A DNA stretch of 64,000 bases from the human T2T-CHM13v2.0 reference genome, Homo sapiens. Location: NCBI RefSeq assembly GCF_009914755.1, contig NC_060932.1; one strand, given 5' to 3'. A program made the position numbers and the translations under genes. Shown here one piece after another: positions 25,337 to 39,457 of the stretch. How positions within the stretch are numbered: the stretch's first letter is position 1; the number at the start of each line of letters is the position of its first letter. The notes under the pieces are model-generated. The model saw nothing but the letters and a program-made list of their open reading frames with translations. It searched no databases and was not told the DNA's origin.

Positions 25337-25755
25337 TAGTAGACCAGCCCTACAAGTAATACTAAAAGGAGTTCTAAAGCTTGAAACAAAAGGTCTATAG
25401 GCACCAGAATAGAACCTCCTGAAAACATAACAGTCACAGGGCCTATAAAATAATAACATCATGAAGAAAACTTAATATCTAGGTAACAGTCATCACGATG
25501 ATTGGAAATGGACCTCACGTCTCAATATTAATGTTGAACATAAATGGTGTAACTGCTCCAGTTAAAAGTTACAGATTCACAGAATGGATGGAAAATCACA
25601 AACCAAACATCTGCTGTCTTCAAGAGAACTCTGCTAACATGTAAGGATTCTCATGGACTCAAGATAAAGGGATGGGAAAAGTGTGAAAATGGAAACCAGA
25701 AGCAAGCAGGAGTAGCTATTTTTCTATCATGGGCATTACTCTCTAAAGTCACAAT
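25337..25755 (+). mobile_element. L1 (L1PB/L1MA-like) internal fragment: ORF1 end, inter-ORF, start of ORF2 endonuclease
   Basis: ccagccctacaagtaatactaaaaggagttct...cctcacgtctcaatattaatgttgaacataaatgg...atctgctgtcttcaagaga...aaatggaaaccagaagcaagcaggagtagctatt. Confidence 0.85.
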
Positions 25756-27656
25756 TTCTACATGTGAGAGTGAATTACTGGTCAAAGGGAAAATTTTGCA
25801 TGGCGAGGCAAGAATGAAAGGCAGACGTATGGCTCCCTTCAGTGCCATATTTCCCGTGTGGAGGAGAAGCCCATGACACAGAGGGTTTTGTGGTATATTC
25901 GAAGCCCTGCCATTCCTAATCCGGGGTGATTCTGGGGAAGCCCCTGCCTACTCTTAGCATATCTCCTATCTTTAAAATTACGGGATCAGGCTAAGGGATC
26001 TCCAAATATCTTCCAGTTTAAAATCTAAGATTCTATAAGTGGATGTCCCAGCAGAGCTCATCCTGCTCAAAGTTGGGTGTTCCAGTGTGCTTTGGACCCC
26101 AACACCACACCCAACATTGAGCCCCCGGGGGCCAGTTTTCATCATACGAGCAAATCCATCTCACTGCCCTCCAGCCACACTTTGTACTGCTCAGCAGGCC
26201 ATATGGCTTAGTCTAATCACCCAGCCTTCTCTCCAGTCTTGCCCTTGACTAACTTTTGACTATTACAAAATGTTCACTCTCAAAAGACTCTTAATCACAC
26301 AATCCAGGGGCCTGAAAGATGTAGGGACATGAGAGGCTTTCAATAAAGATGTGGAAAGCAAATGCTAGGGGTTGAAATGTTTAGAGATGTGACATCAATA
26401 GGGAAGATTCAGTAGAATGTTCCAACTCTGAAGACAGATGAATTGTGGTGTGTCAGCTAAGCCTGTGTTATTAAAAACAGCAAAAACCCTGGACACCCTC
26501 CAGAATCGCTGGCTTTGGGGGGAAGCATGCTTTGCTCATGCACCCCCTCCTCTGTTGGCTGGAAAGTGAGCTCTGTCACCTGTACTCAAAAACAACAAAG
26601 GTATTGGGTTCCCTCTGCCCTGGCTCTTTCTGGCCAAGGAATGTGGAAGGACAGGAGGAGAGGTGGACCTAGCATGTGGTCTGACATCCTGTGGATCATG
26701 TCAGAGTCCCATCAGCCACCTGGAAACAGCTCATCCTGCCAGTCAGGGAGAGCTGCCTCCAGTTGGAGGATGGGACAGTGCGCTGTCTTTGGGCAGCTCA
26801 GAAGTGTGTGTGATCAACTTGACTTCTCAGGTGAAGAAACAGCTCATCTCTTTCCTTTCTCTAAAAAATTTTGATCTGTTCATTTTATACCTTTGTTAAT
26901 AACTTCTGTATATATGTGGTATAATTTTATTTTAAATTCTCCCTGAAATATTTTTGAAAGTAGGTTGAGCAAAAAGACAACACATATTCTGTTACCCAAT
27001 GTAACGGCCTCCGTCGCTCGGACGCTTTGTAGACTGAGAAAGGTCGCGTGGATGGGGCTTTACTTTTCTTCTGACCCAGGAATTATTTGGAGCTGGTCAC
27101 ATTGTGTTGCTGTCTCGAGCCTCCCCTTTCCACTCATGTCACCCCTCTTCTCGGAACGCCTTCCCAAGGTCTTTCATTTCACTCCTGCTCATCCACACAT
27201 CCCAAGCCTACGCTGCCTCCTCCAGCAACAGTGCCCACCCCGTGCGTGGGTCAGGGTCCCCTCTGAGTGCTCCTAAGCACGTGTCCTCCCTGCATTAGGA
27301 CCCTGGGCGTGTCCGTCTCCCCCAGAGCACAACGGCTGTTCCTCGTGTCTCTTTTTTCCACATGCCTAAGACAGGTGCTTATCCAGGCCTTTGAGTCCAA
27401 AGCAGCTGGAGTAAGTCAACCTGACCCACAAGTGGGGGAGAAAGGGGTACTCATGAGCAGGGTCTGCATTTTCAATCCTTGTGTGTCTGAAAATCCCTCC
27501 CTGTCTCCCCCTCTCTCTCTGTCTCTGTCTTCCTCTTTCCATCTCTTTGTCTTTTTGTCTCTGTCTCCCTCTCACACACACACATGGGCCCACATGCCCT
27601 CTCCCTCTCCTGGTGCAGTGCAGGGGGACTCAGGAGTGGAGCATGGCCCCCAGCCA

Positions 27657-27826
27657 GGCAGCAGCAGGCTGGGCTCCCGGACGGCTGAGCCATGGCTCCT
27701 TCCCTGTGCCTCCCTTTTCTGGGCTCCCGGACGGCTGAGCCATGGCTCCTTCCCTGGCAGCAGCAGGCTGGGCTCCCGGACAGCTGAGCCATGGCTCCTT
27801 CCCTGTGCCTCCCTTTTCTGGGCTCC
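27657..27826. repeat. Short A-B-A-B tandem repeat (49/50 bp units, 99 bp period)
   Basis: Shared core ctgggctcccggacggctgagccatggctccttccct with alternating leaders ggcagcagcagg and gtgcctcccttt. Confidence 0.9.
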
Positions 27827-29075
27827 AGTGCAGCTCATCTCAGTGAGATTAATGGCACAGGAGATTTTCCCATTATCTTCCTTTGGGCCTGGAATTTTTC
27901 GTGAAATAACCTACGTATTTCTTCATTTCCTTCTGTGCTAAAATTTATTTGTCACAGCCTCAGCCATTAACCTCCAATTTGAACAGAAAAAAAAAATTAT
28001 CATGCCTGCTGTCTCTAGAATTTCTCAGAAGTCAGAGGAACAGTGCCCAGCCTGAGCCCTTCCCCATTCTTTATAATACAAACAAACGATAATTAACATT
28101 TCGGAGCTGGGGCGAAGTGAATCCCAGAGTCTCCTTCTTCACTTATTAAACATTTTCTTTTTATTGGATATTGTTAGTATTTCTTTCTATCTGTTATTCT
28201 TATTGAGCAATATATTTAAAAAATAGTTTATTGTCTTCAGAAACAGATGTGCTGAGGTCCTAAAGCTGATTGATTTTCATGCAAAACAAGTATCAGGCTG
28301 CGGATACCTTGCACCGTATTGGAAAGAAAGGTTGCAGCCTTTCCCGGGGTCTCGGAGCCCACACGTGAAGGTGGCTCGCTGCCACCAGGGCTCCCTGCCG
28401 GGCAGAGGGGAATGGACTCGCCCTCGCTTCCTGGAATTCCAACAAAACTATGTGGAGGAGCAGGTGGTCCCTCAGGGCAGACACATCACCTCCCGAAACT
28501 GTATGGAGGAGCTGGTCTTCCCTCAGGGTCCCACAGGGCCCACACATCCCCTCCCACCTCTCCCCTTGCCAGTCATTCAGGTTACAGGCCTTTCACAAGA
28601 ATTTAATTGTCTTGATCACATTATACTTGGGCTGGTAAACATTGTCTTATTAAGGGAAAAAATGCCATGTTCACATTAGAACCTCGGAGAAGCCAGATTG
28701 TGATTGGCACTCTCCGTCGTCGTCCACGAGTGACTGGTGAGGTTGTTTTGGTGTCTCCTGTTTGAGGCATTATTTTCCCCATTTTTCTGATGAGTCACTG
28801 AGACCATGTGTTGAAACACATTCTCACCGTCACGTTCTAAGTGTGATTGGTGATGGAGGTGCATTTCTCTCCTGCGATTTTGTGAGCTCTTTACAGCGAG
28901 GATGGTGTGGCGTCCCACCTGTGTCGTGGCATCACTGGGTCAATGTCGAATTGGAATTTTAAAATTAAGAGTACATAGGCTTTTTATTATCTGTTACCAA
29001 ATGTTTAAAATATAAAGCCATCCCATTGAAATAATGTTGTATGTGTGAGAGAGTTAGATTATAAAAGCTTATTTT

Positions 29076-29241
29076 GGCTGGGTGTGGTGGTGCACACGTG
29101 TAATCCTGGCACTTTGGGAGGCTGAGACAGTAGGATTGCTTGAGCCTCGGAGGTGCAGGTTGCAGTGAGCTGAGATTGTGCTGTTGCATTCCAGCCTGGG
29201 CGACAGAGCAAGATCTTGTCTCAAAACAAAAAAAAACAAAA
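29076..29241 (+). mobile_element. Alu monomer (FRAM-like, or AluJ with recombined arms)
   Basis: About 165 bp single monomer with A tail; left-arm gcactttgggagg joined to right-arm gttgcagtgagctgagatt. Confidence 0.85.
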
Positions 29242-31759
29242 CTTTTTTTTTTAAGTTACTAATTTTGTTATGTAGCAGTTGATGACTTGTATACTGGATA
29301 TGATATAAATTAAGATTTTACAAGATATTTAAACTTCACTTGAGGAAAAAAGGAGCCATATAATCATTGTTAATAGAAGGGTGATATCGCTGAGCAGAAG
29401 GAAAGGAAATAATTTTAAAAGGCAAACAGCAAACAGGAAATCTACTACCACGGGCTCATGTTGCAGTGGGGACTGTGGGCTGTTCTCAAACTCGTCTCCT
29501 TGGGTGTCTGCGTGTTCTGGCCTCCCTTGCAGCAGACAGACATGGCGGCAAGAGTGAGTGCCAACCAGACTGAAAGCAGGAACCTGAAAACCCCGAATCC
29601 TCCATGCCGTCTCTTTCTTTCCATGGGATAGATACACACAGCACATTTGCATATTGAAGATGACAGAGCCTTAAAAACCGAGCTTCCTGGTGACCGTGGG
29701 CCCGGAGTCCCAGCGTGGCAGCTGCAGGCTCTGCCCTCCTTGGTGGCTCTGGAGTTCTCCCTGGGAAGCTTCTTCCGGCCGCCAGGAGGGGAGGGAAGCC
29801 AGGAAAGGCTGTGGGCCCCCAGCCACGTCAGCGGGAAGCACACTCTCTGTCCACCGTGATCTGCTGGAGCACCCCAGCCATCCTGCCCCACCGAAGTGGA
29901 AGGGGCTCTGGTCAGCCCCCGCTCCTGGAAACAGCTCTCCACAAAGGCAGGGGAACATGTGTCAAGGTAGGATTATGCCTATAAATCCCAAAGGGCTTTG
30001 AAGTGTTTCGTAAAAGCCAATTTGGATCCTTTAAAAACAAATAGAAGAAAACCCACTCCGGGCCCCAGTCTCTCTGTGGGCCCAAGGGCAGGTGACGCCG
30101 GGCAGGGGAGCTGTGGGGTGTGTCCCAGCCATCGTCCCCTCGTGACAGGGAAGTGGGAAGAGATGTTCTGTTTTGCTCACAGCAGAAGCCATCATTTACA
30201 CACCTTCTCATGGCACCTGCCTGGGAATTGGAAACGATTTCAGGAGCCTTAATTAATGAAGCGTCACAACATGCCTGCAGGCTACGTGAGAGTTATTATC
30301 CTGGTTTTGCCAGGAGACAGCCGGATGCGGAGGAGTGCAACTCGGATTTGAAGGTCACCGAGCGCGTTAATGAAATCCCCGGAAGTGTGTCTGCCAACAA
30401 TCCTTTTATTTTGGCTTTACCTGCTGTTCGCCTGATGCCTGTAAACCTTTCCCGAGTGTTGATTTTCAGAAGGGTGCTTTGCAGGGTGGAGTTGGGGTGG
30501 ATGAAATGCGGCCCCCGGGTTTCTGACTCCCTTTCGTGGCGCAGGTGGGCTGAGACCCTTGATGACCGAGAGGTTAGAAATCAAGGACATAAATTCAGCA
30601 CTCTTGTTGAATAGATATGACCCTTGTTCCATCTTGGGTTCTTTTCTAGAACCTCAATTATAACTTTATAAATAAATTCCGAGTGCCTTAAAGAGACTTT
30701 CAGCGTTCCTTTAATCTCCCTGGCACGCTGGCTGCATGTGCCTTGTAACTTCCAAAAACAAAATATGTCATGATTATCCAGATCCAAGGGAGGTGTTATC
30801 ATTGGAGATTTCTTAGCCCTCATATTGTATGTGTGTCTCCAGGAAGCAGAGCCTTGGTGCTCGTGCTGATCTTTGTCGCTGCCTATCTTGCAGAGTGTGC
30901 GTTTTATTAAATTCTTTTTGGGATTCTATATGAATAAATATTTTTCTGGGGTAGCATAAAAGCTGTTTTCATGATCTGTGCAAAGTCTTACTGGACGTGG
31001 AATTTTGGCAAATCCTGGGAACAGAGAACACAGCCCTTTCCTCCCCACTTTACAAAGGAGGCACTTAAAGCGTCAAAGGCTCTTTGGGTTCGCTTGCGGG
31101 AAACGTGGTAAGTGAGTCCCTGAACGTGCCACTGATGTGCAGATGGTGTGGTGGGTGCACAGCCGCACCGGAGCGGCCCCCGAACCACACAGGACAGTGC
31201 TGCGGAGGGGATGTTTCATGCGGGGCTCAGAAAGGCCGGGCTGGAATCCTGAGTCTGTGTAGGCTGTGTGGCACTGGGGTGGGGTGGAGGTCATTCAATC
31301 CCAAGGTGGAGTTGAGCATCCCGGATAATGGGAACTGGAGACCTCAGGGCCTGTGCTAAGGAAGGAACTCAAGGAGCCGGAAATACCTCAGATTGTGCCT
31401 GGCACAGAGCAGGTTCCCAGCACAGAGCAGGTTCCCGGCAAGCGCTGTTCCTCTTCTCCCTCTTTGCTGCGTGGTTTTCGTGAAGTTGGGGAGAGGAAAC
31501 GTTTTTACAGCAATGCGGCAAGAATGCAATCACAGCGATGAGAATGACATGGACCTCCAGGTAGTGAGTTATCCCCAGTCACCTGTGAAAGGCATGCATT
31601 TGTATCCACAAACAAATCTTAACACATGTAAACGTACGTCAGAAAAACATGTCTCCCCTGCTGTTTAGGATGAGAATGTTCTAGAGTCTAGAGGTTGTTG
31701 GCCATCTCTCTAAGAACCAGAGCTTCAGTGAGAGCTTTAAATCATGTATTTCATGTGGT

Positions 31760-32571
31760 GAGAAACGTGGCATGCGCGAACAGACACCACGCGAGACAGG
31801 GAGGAGAAAGGTGGCATGCGTGAACAGACACTACACGAGACAGGGAGGAGAAACGTGGCAGGCATGAACAGACACCACGTGAGACAGGGAGGAGAAACGT
31901 GGCAGGCATGAACAGACACCACGTGAGACAGGGAGGAGAAACGTGGCAGGCATGAACAGACACCACGTGAGACAGGGAGGAGAAACGTGGCAGGCGTGAA
32001 CAGACACCACGTGAGACAGGGAGGAGAAACGTGGCAGGCGTGAACAGACACCACGTGAGACAGGGAGGAGAAACGTGGCAGGCGTGAACAGACACCATGT
32101 GAGACGGAGGAGAAACGTGGCAGGCGTGAACAGACACCACGTGAGACAGGGAGGAGAAACGTGGCAGGCGTGAACAGACACCACGTGAGACAGGGAGGAG
32201 AAACGTGGCAGGCATGAACAGACACCACGTGAGACAGGGAGGAGAAACGTGGCAGGCATGAACAGACACCACGTGAGACAGGGAGGAGAAACGTGGCAGG
32301 CGTGAACAGACACCACGTGAGACAGGGAGGAGAAACGTGGCAGGCGTCAACAGACACCACGTGAGACAGGGAGGAGAAACGTGGCAGGCGTGAACAGACA
32401 CGTGAGACAGGGAGGAGAAACGTGGCAGGCGTCAACAGACACCACGTGAGACAGGGAGGAGAAACGTGGCAGGCGTCAACAGACACCACGTGAGACAGGG
32501 AGGAGAAACGTGGCATGCATGAACGGAGAAATGTGGCGTGCATGAACGGACACCACGCGAGATAGGGAGGA
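31760..32571. repeat. VNTR, 44 bp unit, about 18 copies
   Basis: Unit gagacagggaggagaaacgtggcaggc(g/a)tgaacagacaccacgt. Confidence 0.98.
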
Positions 32572-34201
32572 TTCAGGATGTGATCTTATTTCAGCATCTT
32601 TATAAGTGATCAAGTAAAAGTCATATAATTGAAGTTATCTAAACCCCCCATACACCAAATGCGTCCGCTTCCTGGTCTGTCGTCCTGCAGCCTACAGAGG
32701 CCGCGTCCTTCCACATGATGGCCCCGCACCTGGCACTGTCGCCGTCCCTCAGTGGAGACACCAGGAAGCCCTGGATCACAGTGTGACACGTTCTGTACTG
32801 GGGTATAAATACGGTTTCATGGGGACACACAGGAGGGAGCTGAGTGTGCTCCTCTGGCCCCGGAGAGTGCTGAGAGGCAGCGTACCCTGCAGAAGAGTGG
32901 CAGTCGCTGAGCGTGGGGGACGGCTCAGTAGGTACCTCGGCCACAGTCCTGCCCGTCCACATGTCCTGCAGAAGCATGGCAGGCGCTGAGCGTGTGGGAC
33001 GGCTCAGCAGGCACCTCGGCCATGGTAGATGCCGAGGGCCCCAGGACAAGCATGCATGCATGCCAGAGGGGAACTAGAATGTCAAAAGGGCAAGACAATC
33101 CCTTATAAAAACTTTAAACTAAAGACTTCTATTTGCAAAGATCGTCTTGAGAGGCAATATAACGCTGGCCGTGGCAGCTCATGAACAGGTGCTGGTAATT
33201 CGAATGTCCCAGCGAACTCCCATGGGCAATAACACAGGCCTGAGGCAGGAACGGGGGGAGAACCCGGGGGGAGAACCTCTTCCCAGGGCCAGGGTCGAGC
33301 TGCGGCATTCACGTCTGTCTCAGTGGCTCGTGCTGAATGACCCAAAGGGGCCCAAGGGAGCAAAGGTGGGCAAAGGCTGTTACTGCCATCCGTCTAGACC
33401 AGTGCTGCCAGTAGAGAATGTGAGCCTTGTGGGTAACTTTTAATTTGGATTACTGACATCTAAATGTGTATGGTACAAAGAAGCAGGCAATATTAAGTAT
33501 GATTTTGACCAAATGCAAGATGGCATTTCAGGGGCTCAGAGTGGTGGTGGGTACTGTGCAGGGCGGCACAGCTCTGGGCTCCGCCATAGATGCCAGTCCT
33601 GACCGTCCACAGAGGCCCCCACCCGAGGCCACCCAGGGTGCCGCATGGATGGTCTGTCTGGCCTCCCTGGATTTTCCAGTGGTGTCTCCACCATACAAGG
33701 GAATAAACAAGTGTGAAATCTGGAAACAGATTCTCATGGCCCTTCTTTCACATGTGGATCTCATCTAATGTTTTTCCATAAAATTGTGATGATGTTTAAT
33801 AATACTCTTTGTGATAATCTTAGGAATCTTAGGAATGCCAGGTTGCATGAGGTGAGCATAAACGCATAGGGAGGAACGGTCCATGCCAACTGCAACTCGG
33901 TTTTCAGAATTCACTCGCACCTTTGGCTCAGTAACTAGCAGATTCGTTCCTGCTGGGATATTCATTTTAAAAGCTTGTCTTCTGATGTTGGCTGCAAATT
34001 AGAAGCAATAATGCTATTCCCTATCTAATATTTTTAAATTATTTTTTTAAAGTACTGTGAGCTCCTCAGAATAAAACCAAATGATATCGTAATTATTATC
34101 ATCTACAATCCCCCCTGGACTGCACTTTTAAAGGAGGTCAAGAATGGATCTGAAGCAACTTTCTTATGTAAGTAAAATTTGAAAATCAACCCAAATGACT
34201 T

Positions 34202-34528
34202 TGTCTTAATCTGCTGGAACTCCCACAACAAAACACCATAGACTAAGCGGCTTAAGCAACATAAATTAATTTTCTCACCGTTCTGGAGGCTGATCAAGGC
34301 GTGGGCAGACCTGGCTCCTGGGGAGGGCCTCTTCCTGGCCACCTGCTCACTGTGTCCTCAGGGAGACAGGCTGGTGTCTCTTCCTGAAAGACCCTGATCC
34401 ATTCAGATCAGTGTCCCCCTCTCATTACCTCAGTTTACCTTCATTACATCCTCACTTCAAACACAGCCACACTGGGCATTGGGTTCAGCATATCGATTTG
34501 TCAGGGAAACAAAATTCAGCCCCTAGCA
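34202..34528 (-). mobile_element. MLT1A-like MaLR LTR
   Basis: tgtcttaatctgct...acaaaacaccatagactaagcggcttaa...ttctcaccgttctggaggctg...aaaattcagcccctagca. Confidence 0.85.
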
Positions 34529-36460
34529 ATGTTCAAAGCCAATAGCACCGTTATACGTGTGTGTCTGTGTGCAAAGTGTGCATATGTGTACAATGTGTAG
34601 ATGCACTCACATATATATATACATACACATACACGTGGGCTGGCCCCTGGAGTGGGTACTTGGACCCTCCAGGGGACTGAGGGGAAGGGTAGGAAAGGGG
34701 CCCTGGACTGGATTTTACCAGATGCGTTTTCCCTCCCTACACTGGCGTTTGCACGGCTGAAACACGGCTCTGCCCTCCCCAGATGCATAACAGGAGGTGA
34801 ATGCCATCTTGCCTCTGTGAAGCACCTGGGGGCGTAGAGCCATGCTTCGTACTTGTCAAGTACTGACCGTCCCTCCTGTCCCTGTTCAGTCCCGGCGCGA
34901 AGCACACCCTGTCGTGTGTGGGGTCAGCACCCAGCACAAATCGGAGTTGGAGGCGAGGGGGCCAGTTTTTGGTGAGAACCCAGAGTCCAGCTTTGAGGTT
35001 CACCTCCTTGACATCTAAGCTGCAGCTTCCTGGACGTCGGCCTAGGAGACGGGGATGGTGGCATCCCTCGTGTTTTCTGAGACTGCACCATGAACAGGAC
35101 GGGCCTCACATCCAGGGACACAGCACAGGAACAGCGAGAGCGGCCCCTAAAACCACGGTGTGTGTGGCATGTTGCAGTTCTGTTCATTTTCCATGTATGA
35201 TTTCATCCTTGTCTTATTATCTAAGCAAGTATTTCCAGCCAGTGAGGCCGCGTAGATAAACCCTACAGCCTGCTGCATGAACCGAGCTCAGCGTCCTCCC
35301 TGTGGCTCGGTGTCCACTCTGTGCTCATCTGGTGGGGCTCACCACCCTCACATGCGGAACGCGTCCCTGTCTGGCCCCACGTGGCTTCCAGCTCCTGGCT
35401 GTGCGGCCTCTGCAGCTGAGTAACAGAACTGTCTGCCCCCCGCCCTCTGGCCATGGAAGAGGCCATGCCATTTCTCATAGGCAGCGTGGCTGTGTCCCAT
35501 GGTTAGCCAAGTCCTTCTGGCTCCGCCAGTGCTGTGGATCCTCTGAGTTTGAGGTCCTTCTCCCATCGATACCTGACGTGGGAGCTGGACCTGAGCCCTC
35601 CTGCAGGACCCTGTCCTGACAGCACCACGTCCCACCCTTCCATGGAAGCTGCTGTCTCCTCCATGAGAGGCCTCTGCCTGGGCATCATGCTCGAGCTCCG
35701 GGGCCTAGGAGGCATGGAAAAGCTCATCTCTGCTGCAAGTTCTGCTCTCAACAGCAACTGATGGGCTTTGAGATTTAGAACACTCTCCAACCTCCACTTT
35801 TTTTTTTTCTTAATGAAGTTTTTTTTGAAGATGATCAGCTCAAGATAGGTCTGAGGTTCATGCTGGACATCAAGTGTGTGACACGAACACTTTCACTCTT
35901 TTTCTTGCTGTCACAATCTTGATGGTCCCGATCCTGCCTGTGCATGGGCGTCCCTGCCTGATGGACTCTGGGAGAGGGTAGAGGATAAGGAAGGGCCCAA
36001 CATAAGCTTCACGTTTTACAAATAAACAAGTTGGAGATGATTCCAGGTTGGGATGAGTCCTGCAGAGGATGTCAGGAGGCCTCTGATGTTTGAAGGAGGC
36101 TCTGGGCTTGTTCTCGCCACAGCACCCCTCCCCTTCCCACGGCAGCAGAGCCACGGCCGGCTCCATTTCCTCATGCCTCCAGGAAGGGCTGTGACCACAG
36201 CAGAGGCAGCGCGGGAGGCCCCCTCAACACAACACGACATTTGCCGCAAGGGTTCTGCCAAGGTCCCAGGGAGGGGGGAGGAAGGACAGAAGTTCTAGGA
36301 GAGTAGTATGCACGGCCATTAAAATAATCTTTGGTAATTAAGTCAGGTGTCGTGATGAATTACTAACAACTAGGCATTCTGTTCTTAAACTCTTTTCCAA
36401 CCTGTGTGTGCTGGGGGAAAAGGGTGCCTGTAGCTGGGAAGGGAAAGGGAAGCAGAAGCT

Positions 36461-37020
36461 CTATAAGTTCCTGAGCCTTGCTCCATACCTGGGACGGGAC
36501 TCGGCATTTTCTGTGAGTTCCCGAGCTCTGCTCCATACCTGGGACCGGACTCGGAATTTTCTGTGAGTTCCCGAGCTCTGCTCCATACCTGGGACCGGAC
36601 TCAGCATTTTCTGTGAGTTCCCGAGCTCTGCTCCACACCTGGGACCGGACTCGGAATTTTCTGTGAGTTCCCGAGCTCTGCTCCACACCTGGGACCGGAC
36701 TCGGAATTTTCTGTGAGTTCCCGAGCTCTGCTCCATACCTGGGACCGGACTCAGCATTTTCTGTGAGTTCCCGAGCTCTGCTCCACACCTGGGACCGGAC
36801 TCGGAATTTTCTGTGAGTTCCGGAGCTCTGCTTCATACCTGGGACTGGACTCGGAAGTTTCTGTGAATTCTCGAGCTCTGCTCCATACCCGGGACTGGAC
36901 TCAGTATTTTATGTGAGTTCCCGAGCTCTGCTCCATACCTGGGACCGGACTCGGTATTTTCTGTAGGTTCCCGAGCCCTGCTCCATACCCGGGACTGGAC
37001 TCAGCATTTTACGTGAGTCC
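36461..37020. repeat. VNTR, 50 bp unit, about 11 copies
   Basis: Unit ctccatacctgggaccggactcggaattttctgtgagttcccgagctctg starts at 36481, 36531 ... 36981. Confidence 0.98.
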
Positions 37021-37469
37021 TCTATTTAGTCATCAGATCGTCCTATGAGAATTGTGATATGACCCCAGTTACGGGTAACGGGCAGTGAGGTCGAAGGGAA
37101 GGGCTCTTGCCCCGCCTGGGGACCATGGAGCGACCTTGCCCAGAGCTTGGCTCTTCCCCTCGCCCCAGGAGGCCCACGCCTGACGGCGCCGCTGGAGTCG
37201 ATTCTTTCCTGCTGTTCACAGCGCTTAGGTACTTTCCAAAACGTCTGGCTGTAACTCGCCTCCTTCTGCCGTGCTTTTGGTAGATTCAGTAAAACATGCA
37301 CGTCCTTGGAGATTCCATCGCCGCAGGAGTCATTCCTTAGCTGTCGGCTGCAGGCTGTGAGGATGGGCCTTCGTAAGGACACAGATGGTTGGATGTTCCT
37401 GGACTCCACCTCGCAGGGGAGCGAGCGTCCTTGGAAGAGGAAAAAGCCAATGAATAAAAAGGAGGAAGG

Positions 37470-37854
<385 letters not shown>

Positions 37855-39457
37855 TCAGCTTCGCAGACCCTGCTGGGCTGTGCGCTGCGCTGGTCTTATC
37901 CATTAGGTTTAATGCGTTATTTATTTTATTTTTAAAGGTGTAACTCTCTCTTAACGGAGAATCAGTAGAAAGTCCTCCATCCATGCCTCTGAACACACTC
38001 CTAACTCCCCAACACTCAGGAGCCCGCAGGAAGCCCTAAGGCCCAGGGTCTCCTTGGGAGGCACGGGTGCTTCCTCCCAGGCATTTTCTCCTCTGGTCTC
38101 TGGGGTTTTGCTTCTCATAGGGGCTAAATTAATCCTGCATCCGGTGCTCGTCCAGCCCTGCGCTGCGCTGAGGAGAAGGCGGGACTCCCGGGAGGCACCC
38201 TGCAGGTCTGGATGGCCTGCCTCTGGCCAGAGCCTGGGAGGTGGAGGGAGATGGGATTTTGAGGCCATTCACCTCCCTCGTAAATGGAGCCGCTGATGCA
38301 CTCTCACAGAAGGGAAGAGGTAATTTTTCCATTTGTGAGGAGAGTGCAGACCCTGGAAGGCTGCTTAGCCACTCAGCCTTTTCCAGACAGCTCATTTCTC
38401 AGACTGCAAAGGTCAGCAGCAGAATTGGGGGAGAGGGGTTTTACTGCATTCTTCAGGGCAGAGGCCATTTTAATATTCATGAAATTGCAAGTGAAGCCAC
38501 TGGAATGTTCCATGGGAGCAGGCCAGCGTGTCCTTGAAAGGAACTGAGAGCTGACAGCTTTTGTGTCCACGCTGGACTCTTCCTGTAGGAGCCCTGAGCA
38601 TGGGCTATGGAGACACAGGACACCGGCCACCGTGGCCCCACACCCAGGGTGGCAGGTGCAGCTGGCCCTGATGATGAAGACGACACAGATGTCTCACTCC
38701 GGAAGCCTTTGAACCTGGTGGAACGAGGAGGAATTTCAAGTGCCCAGGTTTCACGTATGCAGAAAGTTGTACATGAGATTTTTTAAAAAATGACAACCCA
38801 CATGTACCAAAAACAAACATTAAACACTTTCAGCAAAAGCAGGAGATGTAAGGAAAACGGCTTCAGTGATGATTCATGTTGTTAACAACAGAGGGTCTGA
38901 AGCCAACTTTGTTTTAAAAGAAGAAAGTAGGATGAGAAAAAAGATGAGTACAATTGTTCTTAATCCAATAATAATTAAATTTATATGGCTACACCTTAAA
39001 GATAAATACAGTGCGGAAGTGCTTCTGATGAAGTGGCAGGAGAGAGAATGAAGGAAGATGATCGACAAAAGCAAGCAGGGTAATTTATCGAAAGCTAAGT
39101 ACCCCTTGCTACATGAACATTTTGGGGTCCTGTACTTGTAAATCCATATTTTGTGGATCATCATCAATTATAATAAATGCTAAACACCCTTCAATACTGC
39201 ACAGGATAAGCTGAAAAGGCACAGTCTGTGTTCACTGCAATCGCATTTGATATAATCATCTGTCATTCATGCATATCGTGCATAAGGTAATCATATATAT
39301 ACCCAGCTGAAGTGAGACAGATACGAGTTGGACAAATACTGCTAAGAATAACTGTGCAGGAGGTATCATACATGGTTTCCACCATTGCAGTGGCTGGCAG
39401 GTGACCTCCCACCTGGAGGTGACCCCAGGAATCTCTCTCAGAAGCACCAGAGTAGCC

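Noticed and set aside
30840-31120. Possible exon ending at tandem donors gtg|GTAAGT and GTGAGT (31108, 31112)
   Set aside because: Upstream acceptors are ambiguous, there is no coding signal, and such sites are common by chance.
31737-32543. 161-268 aa ORFs on the - strand
   Set aside because: 44 bp VNTR artefact.
29900-37000. Possible antisense lncRNA, which I recall being annotated in this part of the presumed locus
   Set aside because: Exons and ends cannot be placed from sequence, and the locus assignment is itself unverified.
36461-37020. Hairpin repeats resembling CRISPR direct repeats
   Set aside because: Head-to-tail units with no unique spacers.
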